From positions 181,226-245,225 of the IMG/VR virus record IMGVR_UViG_3300047095_000752: a DNA stretch of 64,000 nucleotides. The stretch is one strand, 5' to 3'. Position numbers and translations under genes: made by a program. Shown in pieces: positions 1 through 9,967 of this stretch. The notes beneath the pieces are model-generated. The model saw only the letters and a program-made list of their open reading frames with translations. It did not search any database and was not told the DNA's origin. Positions within the stretch are counted from its first letter, which is position 1. Every line of letters begins with the position of its first letter.

Positions 1-160
1 CAATGGCGTTTAGATCTGCCTTTAAACTCGATATATAAGATTCTACAGTTAAATTAAATGCATATGGAGTTTCAGTCTTAGATTCAATAAGTCGATCTAG
101 AGTCGAGGGCTGGTTTATTATTGGCTTAGGGTTTTTATTTATTACTATCGTGGTTGACAT
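1..160 (-). CDS. hypothetical protein, runs off the left edge (MSTTIVINKNPKP...)
   Basis: ATG at 160 overlaps the stop of the 145..615 ORF; frame open to position 1. Confidence 0.45.
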   Translation of the reverse strand, partial: MSTTIVINKNPKPIINQPSTLDRLIESKTETPYAFNLTVESYISSLKADLNAI

Positions 161-615
161 TGTTTAGACTTTTTAGTTTTCATATCATAAAAAATATTTA
201 AGCACTTTATTAAGTTGTCATACATATCAGTATAAACATGTGGTATCTCATATGCCATCCCGGATGTAATACCCTTTTCTTTAGTTATGATATGTCCGTA
301 TTCACCATATCTTAAATCTATATAATGATATTTATTATTATTTTTATTTTCTCTAAAAATTTTATTTAATAATTTGATATTTTCATTTTCGGCGGATTTA
401 TGTAAATAAAAAACAATTGGACAACAATGAAAATCTTCGGGATCGTTATAGTCATAATTTCGGCAAGATAATATAAATCTGGGAAATTTTTTATTAAATT
501 TATCTAAATCTTTTATAATATTTTCTAAGATTCTTTTATTTTCAGATAACTCTTTTATTTCATCTTCGAATTCTTGTATTACATCTATTATTTCTTTAAT
601 GGACTTACTTGGCAT
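145..615 (-). CDS. hypothetical protein
   Basis: 156-aa ORF, coupled to neighbours. Confidence 0.6.
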   Translation of the reverse strand: MPSKSIKEIIDVIQEFEDEIKELSENKRILENIIKDLDKFNKKFPRFILSCRNYDYNDPEDFHCCPIVFYLHKSAENENIKLLNKIFRENKNNNKYHYIDLRYGEYGHIITKEKGITSGMAYEIPHVYTDMYDNLIKCLNIFYDMKTKKSKQCQPR

Positions 616-856
616 ATATTAGTTCTTTCGGTTTTCCGTGAATACAACCAAAATCTGGACCTGTCTTAAAATGTGCGCTATATCCATCCGAATCACAATA
701 CATCAACGAATCTGGTTTAGATTCTTCGATGTTTGGATCATATAGGAATTTATCACCATCTAATAAACAATCGTAATAATAATCCGATCTATATCCTTCT
801 AGGTGGCTGTTATCATCATCGGAATACCAATATTTACATTCTTTACAAGTTATCAT
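605..856 (-). CDS. small Cys-containing hypothetical protein (CKECKYW...FGC)
   Basis: ATG at 856 follows AAAGGA and lies downstream of the terminator at 876-908. Confidence 0.6.
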   Translation of the reverse strand: MITCKECKYWYSDDDNSHLEGYRSDYYYDCLLDGDKFLYDPNIEESKPDSLMYCDSDGYSAHFKTGPDFGCIHGKPKELIYAK

Positions 857-875
857 TTTAACATCCTTTCTAAGT

Positions 876-908
876 AAAAAAAGACCCACCATATATTTTG
901 GTGGGTCT
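876..908 (-). terminator. intrinsic terminator
   Basis: AGACCCACCA/TGGTGGGTCT stem followed by T7 on the minus strand. Confidence 0.75.
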
Positions 909-1360
909 ACTAAATATACTACGCACGATAGGTTTTTCTTTTATTAAATGAAAATCTTGGTATGAAATTTTTAAAAGTAAATTGTCTACCAATCCAGTTT
1001 AAATTACATATTGAAAATATCAATGATCCAAGTATAGTAACAAGAGATTGAACAACACGAAGTCGGTATGGGTATACAACCCATTTTAGGGCGGCTAGGT
1101 GGGGTAGACCATAAGACATGACCCACCCTCTTCTCCAGTCTTTACAATTGAATTCTCTATTATAATGATTCCAACCATTTGCTATTGATATATCGGGAGA
1201 CTGATAATCCATCCAAACCGCGTCCCTGTGAACTCCACCCTTACGATGAACAGAGTGCAGACCGCGCCGACAATATAAATAACCACGAAATGGATAGAAT
1301 AGCACATGTGTTCTGAGTTTTGTTGTCAATTTTATATTGAACTCCAAATAAGGGTTTGAT

Positions 1361-2962
1361 TTATAATGTTTGGTTTATAAGGTAGCGACCACAATCCCAT
1401 ATTTTAACGGTATATTCTTTTGAGTACTTACTATATCTATTGCTAAAATTGTCATCTATATAATAAAAGTCTGGTTCAATGCTTGTAGAAATTTCGCATT
1501 GAGAATCTAATTTAAAATATCGCTTATTTATTAAAACTGGCATTCCAATACCCCAAATATAATCTATAACAGAATGGTCTAGTTTAGTTCCACACCTCAT
1601 GACAATATTATCCTTTATCAGTACCACAAATACAAGTTCATCATTATAATAATATCCAACATTAGTATCAGACTTAGTATATCCTTCTATGTGATTTTTA
1701 TTTAAGAATTTTCGGGATATTCTTTTATTAATATATCTCATGTCACACTCATTGAAATCTATAATTTTGTTTAGATTTAATTTTTCTTTTATTATTGACT
1801 GGATGATGTCGGATTTATATATCCATTCATCCTCAAATATATGTAATAAGTCAATACCTTTATTAAGACATAGATTCGTTTTGTTTAAGTGGTATTGAGA
1901 GTCTTTACCTTGGAGTTCAGAATGCCAATACAATCCGTTAAATTCTATAGCTAAGTTATAGTCGGGTAAATAGATATCAAGTTCGAGAGGTGATATTATA
2001 GATCGATTTGAAGTTGATATGTTATAATCTATAGGTAAAATGGATTTAATAAAATCAACAATTTCGTTTTCATATTTTGATGTATATGGTAGTGGATCGC
2101 ATACATAGCATCTTGGTATTCGACCATTATCTAAATGATCTTCGAAGGTTGTGTTACAATCGTTACATTGAAATCTATATTTCTCATTTTTGACTCCATT
2201 GTAATTATATAAATTAAATAATGGAGTCAAAGATTTAAACTTATGTGAATTTAATATTTTATTGAATTTACGAGCTAATGATTTTTTTCTAAGTTTAGTC
2301 TTTCCTAAATCCGTTTTTAAATAATGTATTTCACCATAACGTTTTATGTTTGTTTCCTTTATTTTTTGTTTTACCGTATCACTTTGAAAAGTATATTTTA
2401 CACCATACTTCTCTAAATTTGTTTTTTTGATATTATTTTGTATGGTTGGATTATTAAATGGGTTTTCAAATCCATGTTGCTTTAAATTGGTTTGTTTAAT
2501 TTGTTCTAAAATAATATCGGATTTGAGTGGGTTATCCACGCCATATTTTTTAAAGCACGTAGTTTTAATTTTCTCTCTACACTCATTATTTTCTTTCGAA
2601 AGAAATTCTTCAACCCCATATCTTTCTAAATTAGTTTTCTTTATTTTATCTCGTATTTGTTTAATTTGTGTTATATACTCAACTCCGTATTTTTCTAAAT
2701 TAGTTTTCTTTGTTTTTTCAGTTCTTTTTTGTATAAATTCTGGATCTTTAAACTTACACTTCGTCGAACAATAAATATAAAACCCCTTAGCTAGATTTTT
2801 AAATTTTAATTTGTTATTACAAACCCTACAGTTAAGTTTTACATTAGGATTTATATATTTTATATAGAATTCTTCTTTAGAAGCTTCAGGATGAATTTTT
2901 GATAAGTGTGTCGATAATTGATTTATATTTGAATACTTTTTATCACATAGGCTGCAATCCAT
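1361..2962 (-). CDS. homing-endonuclease-like protein: Zn fingers, tandem KxTNLxKYG repeats, C-terminal PD-(D/E)XK (Vsr/DUF559-like) domain
   Basis: about six K(K/Q/E)T(N/C)xx(K/R)YG repeats; ELDIYLPDYNLAIEFNGLYWH nuclease motif; adjacent to thyX. Confidence 0.75.
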   Translation of the reverse strand: MDCSLCDKKYSNINQLSTHLSKIHPEASKEEFYIKYINPNVKLNCRVCNNKLKFKNLAKGFYIYCSTKCKFKDPEFIQKRTEKTKKTNLEKYGVEYITQIKQIRDKIKKTNLERYGVEEFLSKENNECREKIKTTCFKKYGVDNPLKSDIILEQIKQTNLKQHGFENPFNNPTIQNNIKKTNLEKYGVKYTFQSDTVKQKIKETNIKRYGEIHYLKTDLGKTKLRKKSLARKFNKILNSHKFKSLTPLFNLYNYNGVKNEKYRFQCNDCNTTFEDHLDNGRIPRCYVCDPLPYTSKYENEIVDFIKSILPIDYNISTSNRSIISPLELDIYLPDYNLAIEFNGLYWHSELQGKDSQYHLNKTNLCLNKGIDLLHIFEDEWIYKSDIIQSIIKEKLNLNKIIDFNECDMRYINKRISRKFLNKNHIEGYTKSDTNVGYYYNDELVFVVLIKDNIVMRCGTKLDHSVIDYIWGIGMPVLINKRYFKLDSQCEISTSIEPDFYYIDDNFSNRYSKYSKEYTVKIWDCGRYLINQTL

Positions 2963-3030
2963 TTATAATCCTAAAAATAATTCGTTATATTAAAATTAAT
3001 ATAACGAATTATTACGTTGTTGGTTTCATA

Positions 3031-3810
3031 TTAGATCTTGTGGTTCTCGAAGGTCCATTCCCCGTCTTCATTCCGACTCATATCTTGATAAATGTTTGGA
3101 AACTCTTCCTTAAGTAAAGTAGCAATTTTATCAAATACAACTCGAATTTCTATCTCAGCGTGTTTGGATGTACGAAGCTCGATGACATGTCGTAGAGTCC
3201 GGTGATTGGCGGTGAAGACCATCTTACACATCTTACCTGTAGGGGCAATGCGTCGGAATGCGGAAGTTAAAATCTTCTTAGTATCAAAGTCTTTAATATT
3301 ATCAATGTCATATATTTTTTCGAGTTCTTTAATTGATTTTTCAACACTTAGAACCGCATCTTGAAATACTTTATATGCTTCTTCGTTATCTTTAATAATA
3401 TCTGGAGCATACATAGAAATATCGTCGCAACGAATGTATCGATCTGATGACTGTGCATAGGCGGTTCCTGCCCTATGCCGGACTAACTCATGAGTAGCTA
3501 CACGAGATAGCTCCAACAGAAATCCGACGTTACAATGCTCTAGAACTGAACCGTGCCCGGATTTAAGAATGTTATTGATATAGATATCATTACCTTCTCT
3601 TACACGAGAAATATTCTTATTTTCAAATGTACCATCTTCTTTAGACCACGATTCATAGCAATTTCTACCGGCAAATTCAATTAATGATTCGGCACAGGTA
3701 ACACCAAGTGCTGGTTTCCATGCGATTTCATTGTCGCTAAGATAATCCCACAGTCCTGATGTAATTTGAGTCTTTGAAATGATATACACTTTGGGGTCTG
3801 TAATTCTCAT
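3031..3810 (-). CDS. thyX: FAD-dependent thymidylate synthase
   Basis: GHGSVLEH and ELVRHR-x7-S-x-R ThyX signature; AEIEIR C-terminal motif. Confidence 0.95.
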   Translation of the reverse strand: MRITDPKVYIISKTQITSGLWDYLSDNEIAWKPALGVTCAESLIEFAGRNCYESWSKEDGTFENKNISRVREGNDIYINNILKSGHGSVLEHCNVGFLLELSRVATHELVRHRAGTAYAQSSDRYIRCDDISMYAPDIIKDNEEAYKVFQDAVLSVEKSIKELEKIYDIDNIKDFDTKKILTSAFRRIAPTGKMCKMVFTANHRTLRHVIELRTSKHAEIEIRVVFDKIATLLKEEFPNIYQDMSRNEDGEWTFENHKI

Positions 3811-3867
3811 TGAAATTCCTTTGTTGCGGTTTCGGTTGGATTATTATATCATACGAATTTCAAGGCA

Positions 3868-4290
3868 TCAATACTTCTTACCATAATATATAGACTGTTC
3901 ACGTTCATGCCGAATTTTAAAATCTATTAGAATGTTACTTATTATATTCCACATCATACTATGCAGATTTAAATCCTCTAATTCTTCATTCACAATATTA
4001 CCATCACTGACGCTTAGAAGATCTGTACCATCCAATGTAAACCTCACTGCTAGACCTAATAGTGTTGGAATACCATAAAATTTAATATGTTTAGTGGGAG
4101 CTTGAATATACACGTCCCCTAATTTCATGTTCATCTTATCATTTGGGCTGGTGTTATGTATTGGTACCGTCGCTGTATAAATATTAGGATAAACTTGAAC
4201 CTCATTAAAAGTACAATTTACAAATATATCACCTTCTTTATAATTTAATATATCATCATTTGTTAATATTTTATTCGTGGTTATATACAT
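3868..4290 (-). CDS. hypothetical protein
   Basis: 140-aa ORF with GGAGG RBS. Confidence 0.6.
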   Translation of the reverse strand: MYITTNKILTNDDILNYKEGDIFVNCTFNEVQVYPNIYTATVPIHNTSPNDKMNMKLGDVYIQAPTKHIKFYGIPTLLGLAVRFTLDGTDLLSVSDGNIVNEELEDLNLHSMMWNIISNILIDFKIRHEREQSIYYGKKY

Positions 4291-4303
4291 AACAAACCTC
4301 CAG

Positions 4304-4681
4304 TTAGGTGAAAGAGTAACTAAACTTTATAAGGTTTTTATCAAATTCTTCAGATCTATACAAATAAGCGAAGTTATCTAATTCATTCTTAAACTTATCA
4401 AATCCCATATCATCCAATATATAATCGAGTCTAGTACATATATCATACATATTTTGATTATATTTAACATTACCATCCCTTGGTTTATCTCTTGGTGATA
4501 GACCTCTCGGACCTAAAGTCATACGATAGGTTTGATCTTTAAATACATTTATAATATGACCGAGATTATCATCCTTTGTAATTTGGGAGGTTACCGAAAC
4601 CATTTCGATAGAATAATACCACGTGTATTCTAATTGGGTATATCCTAAATCATGTAAATTTTTTGGTTGAGCGCCTTGCAT
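4304..4681 (-). CDS. hypothetical protein
   Basis: 125-aa ORF overlapping the upstream gene. Confidence 0.55.
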   Translation of the reverse strand: MQGAQPKNLHDLGYTQLEYTWYYSIEMVSVTSQITKDDNLGHIINVFKDQTYRMTLGPRGLSPRDKPRDGNVKYNQNMYDICTRLDYILDDMGFDKFKNELDNFAYLYRSEEFDKNLIKFSYSFT

Positions 4682-5336
4682 TATTCAAGTCCTTTAGTTG
4701 TATATATCGACATACTGTTAGATTCCTGTTGAGAGCATAGGGTACAGTTAAACTACCCCTAGACTGCATAGCAACTAAATCTAAATTAATCATACCAGCA
4801 TTTCGAGTTGACGGCTTTTCATTTATAGCATATATACCTTGAAATTTAGATGTCAACTCACTCTTAGTTATAGCTAATGCTTGTTTATAAGACTGAGAGT
4901 TTATATCAACTCTAAAGTGATATCCAGTAGAACTAATTGTAACATAGCACTTATATCTATTATATAATTGAAATAGATCCGTTACACATTTCTTTAAATC
5001 TTTTTCTGTAATCTTATTAGATCTACTGTCTATGTCAATTATTTTTTGTCGGAGAGTCTGACCGGGATATTCACTTTCGACAGATATGGAAACTGTGTAG
5101 CCAGTTATAATATCTTCATAGTTATCTTTATTTAATATTATAGCCGAATCTTTATATTTACGAACTACGGTGAAGGAATCGTGTGTATCGTATTTATTAA
5201 ACAGTAAAACTTTTCTGTAATTACACTCCTTAAGTATTTTGTCTTTGTTTGAAATGTAATACTCGTACAACTCACCTGTAGTCGTACGAGTATTACCAAC
5301 TGTTATTGTCTTGTCTGGTTCCGATGGTTGCGGCAT
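4650..5336 (-). CDS. stand-alone AEP primase-polymerase resembling the LigD Pol domain
   Basis: LYEYY..N-terminal helix, IIDID (DxD), SSTGYH (cf. SGxKGxH), INLD..QSRGSLTVPYAL (cf. IFxD..N.RG.T.VAPYSL). Confidence 0.7.
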   Translation of the reverse strand: MPQPSEPDKTITVGNTRTTTGELYEYYISNKDKILKECNYRKVLLFNKYDTHDSFTVVRKYKDSAIILNKDNYEDIITGYTVSISVESEYPGQTLRQKIIDIDSRSNKITEKDLKKCVTDLFQLYNRYKCYVTISSTGYHFRVDINSQSYKQALAITKSELTSKFQGIYAINEKPSTRNAGMINLDLVAMQSRGSLTVPYALNRNLTVCRYIQLKDLNNARRSTKKFT

Positions 5337-5344
5337 AATATCTC

Positions 5345-5764
5345 CTAGCCTCTATAACGATGATAATGCATTTCTATATATTTACCGTTTTTCAATTCTC
5401 GTCTTGTTGATTGATGTAGAACACGAAGAGTATTCCCATTCAAGTTAGACTTTGTATGTAGTTTATGGTTTATTTTATTTTTAAACCCTATATTATACAT
5501 AAGTTTTTTAGACATGAATCTATTTTTAGTTTCTAAAAATCTTTTAATAACATAGGGGCTTATGGAATACATCCACTGGTCGGACATTGGTAGATACTCA
5601 CATGCACACCAATTATAAAGATTATCGTAAAAATATGACTTTAAACTTTTATTACATTTTATATATTGTAACATATTTAGACGTGGTCGATATAAGATTA
5701 AATTTGTAAGCAGAGAGTAATTTATCATAGATTTTACTAAATACATTCTGGTTAAGTCGGACAT
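5345..5764 (-). CDS. hypothetical basic, aromatic-rich protein
   Basis: 139-aa ORF, coupled in operon. Confidence 0.5.
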   Translation of the reverse strand: MSDLTRMYLVKSMINYSLLTNLILYRPRLNMLQYIKCNKSLKSYFYDNLYNWCACEYLPMSDQWMYSISPYVIKRFLETKNRFMSKKLMYNIGFKNKINHKLHTKSNLNGNTLRVLHQSTRRELKNGKYIEMHYHRYRG

Positions 5765-5766
5765 AT

Positions 5767-5970
5767 CTAAGGTTCAACCATCAAGAATTTTTTGAAATAT
5801 TTATTACCTCGATATAAGTCGAACCAATGCCCATTAACAAAGCCAAATATAGAAATGTATAGTAAATTAGTATAAAATGCGAATGTATTATATGTATCGT
5901 ATTCAAATATGAAAATTCTAAATATACGCCTAATGCCGGACCAACAACGTGTAATTTTATCTATAATCAT
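5767..5970 (-). CDS. small orphan protein, tandem paralogue of 5957..6187
   Basis: shares GI(I)RRIFxxFI...GFxNxxWxxLY...YFKKF; ATG at 5970. Confidence 0.6.
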   Translation of the reverse strand: MIIDKITRCWSGIRRIFRIFIFEYDTYNTFAFYTNLLYISIFGFVNGHWFDLYRGNKYFKKFLMVEP

Positions 5971-6187
5971 GACATTTAACCCAATCGTCTGAAAAGAATT
6001 TTTTGAAATACACAGTACTATCGTATAACTCTTTCCATTGGTCATTAATGAAACCATACAATGTGATGAAGGTCATATTTGCATATACTGTAAATGTATA
6101 AAATGAATTACGAATCTGGTTTCCTATAAAACATGTAAATATGCGTCTAATTATACCCATACATATTCGGATGTTCGTTTCAATCAT
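5957..6187 (-). CDS. small orphan protein, tandem paralogue of 5767..5970
   Basis: same shared motifs. Confidence 0.6.
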   Translation of the reverse strand: MIETNIRICMGIIRRIFTCFIGNQIRNSFYTFTVYANMTFITLYGFINDQWKELYDSTVYFKKFFSDDWVKCHDYR

Positions 6188-7044
6188 ACATTGAACCTAT
6201 CTATAACTTTTTGCATTTCAGATAATATGGATTCTGCTTTGGTGTTGCGAGGTACCATTTTATCTAAAGATCCATAGTGGGCTTCAAGGCAATTCAATAG
6301 AAGTTCCTTAATTGGTTCATACTGTATGTCGTGAGGGAGAGAAGTAGTTTCATATAGTGTCTGGAGTGTCTTTTCTTTTTCATAAAAATGATTTTCAACT
6401 TGATCTAAGTTCCACTCTCCCGCGCGTATTGACTTCCACCGTTCTCGATCCCGTTGCATGTCCATATCACCAAATTGTAATAATTGTTCAGCATAATCTA
6501 TTAGTCGAACGATGTGATATGCGAATTTAGTATCAAATCCGTATTTATCTATTAATTCTTTTCTTTTACCGGAATTTGGATCTTTATTTTTCAATTTTCG
6601 TAATTGAGAATACGCATAGCCTTTGTAAGTGTGCCAGAGCTTAGAACATAAGAACTTATGTCTATTATTACGAACCATCTCACCGATCTTGGTCATATGG
6701 CATATACAATTATCAGGAACAAATAAACTGTCGATCATATTTGGATTATTATTTACACATAAATCAAAATACTTTACAATATTAAATATAGAAAAATCTA
6801 CGTCGTCATAACACTTCTGAAACTGATCGAATCCTTGTGGTCTTCGTCCGAATCCTTCTATATGCCCTCCAATTTGATGAGGAAACAGGATCAATTTTGG
6901 GGGCATACAGAAGCCATACACATCTTTATCGGAATCTCGGTTATGGACTCCGTATGCGAAACTGCCCATGATCACCTCATATTGGACGCTATCGATCATC
7001 CACTTTGGACAATCCTTCTGGACTTGTTTGTGTTGTTTGAACAT
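6184..7044 (-). CDS. Pol-beta superfamily nucleotidyltransferase (RlaP/YcgL-like)
   Basis: GSFAYG...DSDKD motif, NNPNMIDSLF, GYAYSQL, KFAYHIVRL. Confidence 0.85.
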   Translation of the reverse strand: MFKQHKQVQKDCPKWMIDSVQYEVIMGSFAYGVHNRDSDKDVYGFCMPPKLILFPHQIGGHIEGFGRRPQGFDQFQKCYDDVDFSIFNIVKYFDLCVNNNPNMIDSLFVPDNCICHMTKIGEMVRNNRHKFLCSKLWHTYKGYAYSQLRKLKNKDPNSGKRKELIDKYGFDTKFAYHIVRLIDYAEQLLQFGDMDMQRDRERWKSIRAGEWNLDQVENHFYEKEKTLQTLYETTSLPHDIQYEPIKELLLNCLEAHYGSLDKMVPRNTKAESILSEMQKVIDRFNV

Positions 7045-7056
7045 CTAGTTTTTCTC

Positions 7057-7587
7057 CTATAAAACATGTTTCCATAATTTATAATTAATAATTCTTGATA
7101 TTGCGGTTAGAGATACATTAAATATTTTTGCTAATTCTTTTTGTTCAAAATATTTATTTTTATGGGATATTCTAATTATACTAACTATCTTATTATTTAA
7201 TTTAGATTTTCCAATTTTTTCACCTTTAGCAGTTAAGTTATTTTGCGCGGCGTGTTTCATATTTTGGGAATGAGTACACCATTCCAGATTATCTAATCTA
7301 TTATTTAACTTATTTCCATCAATATGATTGATAATAGCACCTTCAAAATATTTCTCAGGTCGAAAACTCAACAGTACTAATCTATGAATTGTACAAATTT
7401 TTTTATTTTTATTTTTAGATAATGTGACGTGTAAATATCTCTTACCATTTGGTTTTAATATCTTTTCAGGATCGTTAAATTTAGATCCACCGGCACCTAT
7501 AATAAAACTTTTAACTCTACCAAAATTACTAACTTGATACATACCCTCATATTCAGGTATATCTTTCCAAATTTCTTGTATATCCAT
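7057..7587 (-). CDS. NUMOD4-HNH homing endonuclease
   Basis: EIWKDIPEYEGMYQVSNFGRVKS (NUMOD4); HRLV...INHIDGNKLNNRLDNLEW (HNH); C-terminal HTH. Confidence 0.92.
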   Translation of the reverse strand: MDIQEIWKDIPEYEGMYQVSNFGRVKSFIIGAGGSKFNDPEKILKPNGKRYLHVTLSKNKNKKICTIHRLVLLSFRPEKYFEGAIINHIDGNKLNNRLDNLEWCTHSQNMKHAAQNNLTAKGEKIGKSKLNNKIVSIIRISHKNKYFEQKELAKIFNVSLTAISRIINYKLWKHVL

Positions 7588-7783
7588 ATTGTTGGTCCTT
7601 TAATTTAATGATTACTCTGCTGCCATTTAACATGATCATAAAATTGTTTTGAGAGTTCCGTGCAGTTAGGATTGTCTCTCGGTATAGATGTGAATAGGGT
7701 TAGAGAACCCACACTATAATAAAGAATAATATTATTTTCAGTGTTATATTCCAATACTTGTTTTAAGCTTTCTTCAAGTGGCA

Positions 7784-8419
7784 TCACATTACCTCTTTAG
7801 GAGTATAAGGAATAAATTCTGCATTCATAGACTTATATATTGGAGAACCGATGTTCTTATATCGTGTGAATATAAATTTTTGCTTTAAATAACAATCTTT
7901 ATGTTCAACTGTTAAATCCCCATCGACCGTTAACTGCCCGAGTATCTTACACTTTATATCAACTCCATTAACAAGATATGGATTAAAATATTCACCGCTA
8001 AATTTAGAACTTCCTTTATGATTTTGGAATAAATATACTTCAAGTTCTTTATCTGTGGTGTGTTTCAAATTGAGTTTCAATTTATATTCAATCATATCGT
8101 ATGGAATTTGATTAACGTCTAACCAATTCCAAAACATATCAATGCGTTTAATATTATTTTCACAATATTTAGAATGTAAGTTTAAATAATTTAAGTCTTC
8201 AATCTTAACATCCACATCCCACTTTTCTTGCATCTCCTTACGAAGAAGAGTTAGGAACCATTCTGATTTACTATATTGCCAATGGGACTCACCATACTCG
8301 CCGTCCATGTTATAAAAAAATGTATTAAATAATATCCCCAGTGGAGAATCGAAATTATTATCAAAATTATAAAATTTTTCCATCTTATATGGGATCATAA
8401 CTTTTACCATAGGACTCAC
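7784..8419 (-). CDS. hypothetical protein
   Basis: 211-aa ORF in coupled operon. Confidence 0.55.
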   Translation of the reverse strand: MSPMVKVMIPYKMEKFYNFDNNFDSPLGILFNTFFYNMDGEYGESHWQYSKSEWFLTLLRKEMQEKWDVDVKIEDLNYLNLHSKYCENNIKRIDMFWNWLDVNQIPYDMIEYKLKLNLKHTTDKELEVYLFQNHKGSSKFSGEYFNPYLVNGVDIKCKILGQLTVDGDLTVEHKDCYLKQKFIFTRYKNIGSPIYKSMNAEFIPYTPKEVM

Positions 8420-8601
8420 TTCAATACCGTAGTTGTTATTTTCAATACAGGCTCACTGAATACAATAAATTCATTATTACATGCTTTACATGTGCTTTTA
8501 AATTCATCCGCTATCATTTTAATGTTATCATTTAATTTATGGTCGGTAGTACAAAATGGACATACAACCATATCAATTGCAACTTCACTAACTCTAGACA
8601 T
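8416..8601 (-). CDS. small Zn-ribbon protein
   Basis: CPFC...CKAC. Confidence 0.6.
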   Translation of the reverse strand: MSRVSEVAIDMVVCPFCTTDHKLNDNIKMIADEFKSTCKACNNEFIVFSEPVLKITTTVLK

Positions 8602-8611
8602 TTCAGACCCT

Positions 8612-8917
8612 TTACTTTCCGGTGAAAAAATTCATTCCAAATTGAAATTGTTTGTGGTATTTTAGCTTACCACATAGTAGTAAAACACAATCCAAGTTAT
8701 GACTAACAAACGCATATACTTGAAATGAGTTTACAGTTTGACCGCAAATACCAAATGGGCTAGTACCACCAACCTGAGTCCACGCATAAAAATCTACATG
8801 ATCATCGATATAAGCATGATTATTGATGTCAGGTTCTTGCTTCTTTAGTGTGTTTAGTATATCATATTTATATGCCGCAAAGAAGTCCCAATTAATGGGG
8901 TCGTGTGGGTTACTCAT
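8612..8917 (-). CDS. hypothetical protein
   Basis: 101-aa ORF with AAAGG RBS. Confidence 0.55.
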   Translation of the reverse strand: MSNPHDPINWDFFAAYKYDILNTLKKQEPDINNHAYIDDHVDFYAWTQVGGTSPFGICGQTVNSFQVYAFVSHNLDCVLLLCGKLKYHKQFQFGMNFFTGK

Positions 8918-9067
8918 TTTTGATTACCTTTTGTTTTATTGATTGTATATAAACATTTATGATAAACTTTATTCACAGTTGACGTATTAATATACACCAT
9001 AAAATTAAAAACCGATCAAAATGCGGTAAACTATGCTCTAAAGTGGCAGAAAACTGTCAATTTTTTA

Positions 9068-9083
9068 TGGTATGTAACTTGCT
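9068..9083 (+). promoter_or_regulatory. sigma54 (-24/-12) promoter
   Basis: TGGTAT-GTAAC-TTGCT matches TGGCAC-N5-TTGCW with exact GG-N10-GC spacing, 27 nt before the PEP-CTERM start. Confidence 0.7.
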
Positions 9084-9110
9084 TAGTATATACAACGGAG
9101 AACAACAACA

Positions 9111-9917
9111 ATGTCAATTTTCAAAAAAATTATACTTAGTTTAGGTGTTACATTATGTAGTTTAAATTCATATGCAATTACAGTTGATGGAAACTGGGAC
9201 GATTGGTTTTCATATTCAGGTAACATTGGTTTTAACACATGGCGTGAAAATCTAGTAACAGTTAACAACCCCAACATTCGTTTTCAAAACGATGAAGAAG
9301 GACCCACACCCGGTGGTGGTGGTCAGTTATATGATATAGAGCAAATCTTCTATGCATTTTCAGATAATGATCCCAACGCTATAAGTGGTGGTAAACTTTA
9401 TATTGGACTTGTAACGGGATTTCCACCACAAGGTGTTCCCGCAGATGCTCTATATGCTGGTGATCTTTTCATTGACATCGGTGCTACTGGTAGTTATACA
9501 TTTGCTATTAACTTAAGTGAACGACAAGCCGACGCTTCTCGCTTCAATCAAGGTTGGATCAATGTTAACTGGGATACAATAGACACAACATTTTATCCAG
9601 CAGCAAACCCATATCGAGTTGATGAAAATGGACCCGGTGTATTCAATTATACAACTTCATTAAACCCCGTTGTAGAAACCAATCTACACGGAAAGCATTA
9701 TTTTTATGAAATTTCAATCGACCTAGACAGCATCATGGAAGAACAGTTAACAAATCCAAATGGTGGTATCGGTCTACATTGGACTATGGAGTGTGGTAAC
9801 GACGTTATCGATGTCGTGGATAACACCCCTTTAAATCCAGTGCCCGAACCTAGTACAATCGCTCTGCTAACAATGGGTTGTATTGGGGCTGCATTTCGTC
9901 GTAAATTCAGCGCATAA
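9111..9917 (+). CDS. PEP-CTERM (exosortase-sorted) surface protein
   Basis: signal peptide MSIFKKIILSLGVTLCSLNSYA; C-terminal VPEPST + hydrophobic helix + RRK. Confidence 0.92.
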   Translation: MSIFKKIILSLGVTLCSLNSYAITVDGNWDDWFSYSGNIGFNTWRENLVTVNNPNIRFQNDEEGPTPGGGGQLYDIEQIFYAFSDNDPNAISGGKLYIGLVTGFPPQGVPADALYAGDLFIDIGATGSYTFAINLSERQADASRFNQGWINVNWDTIDTTFYPAANPYRVDENGPGVFNYTTSLNPVVETNLHGKHYFYEISIDLDSIMEEQLTNPNGGIGLHWTMECGNDVIDVVDNTPLNPVPEPSTIALLTMGCIGAAFRRKFSA

Positions 9918-9929
9918 AAATAATTAATA

Positions 9930-9967
9930 AAAACATCCCCGTATATATCTTTATACGGGGGTGTTTT
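9930..9967. terminator. bidirectional intrinsic terminator
   Basis: AAAACATCCCCGTATA/TATACGGGGGTGTTTT between convergent genes. Confidence 0.75.
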
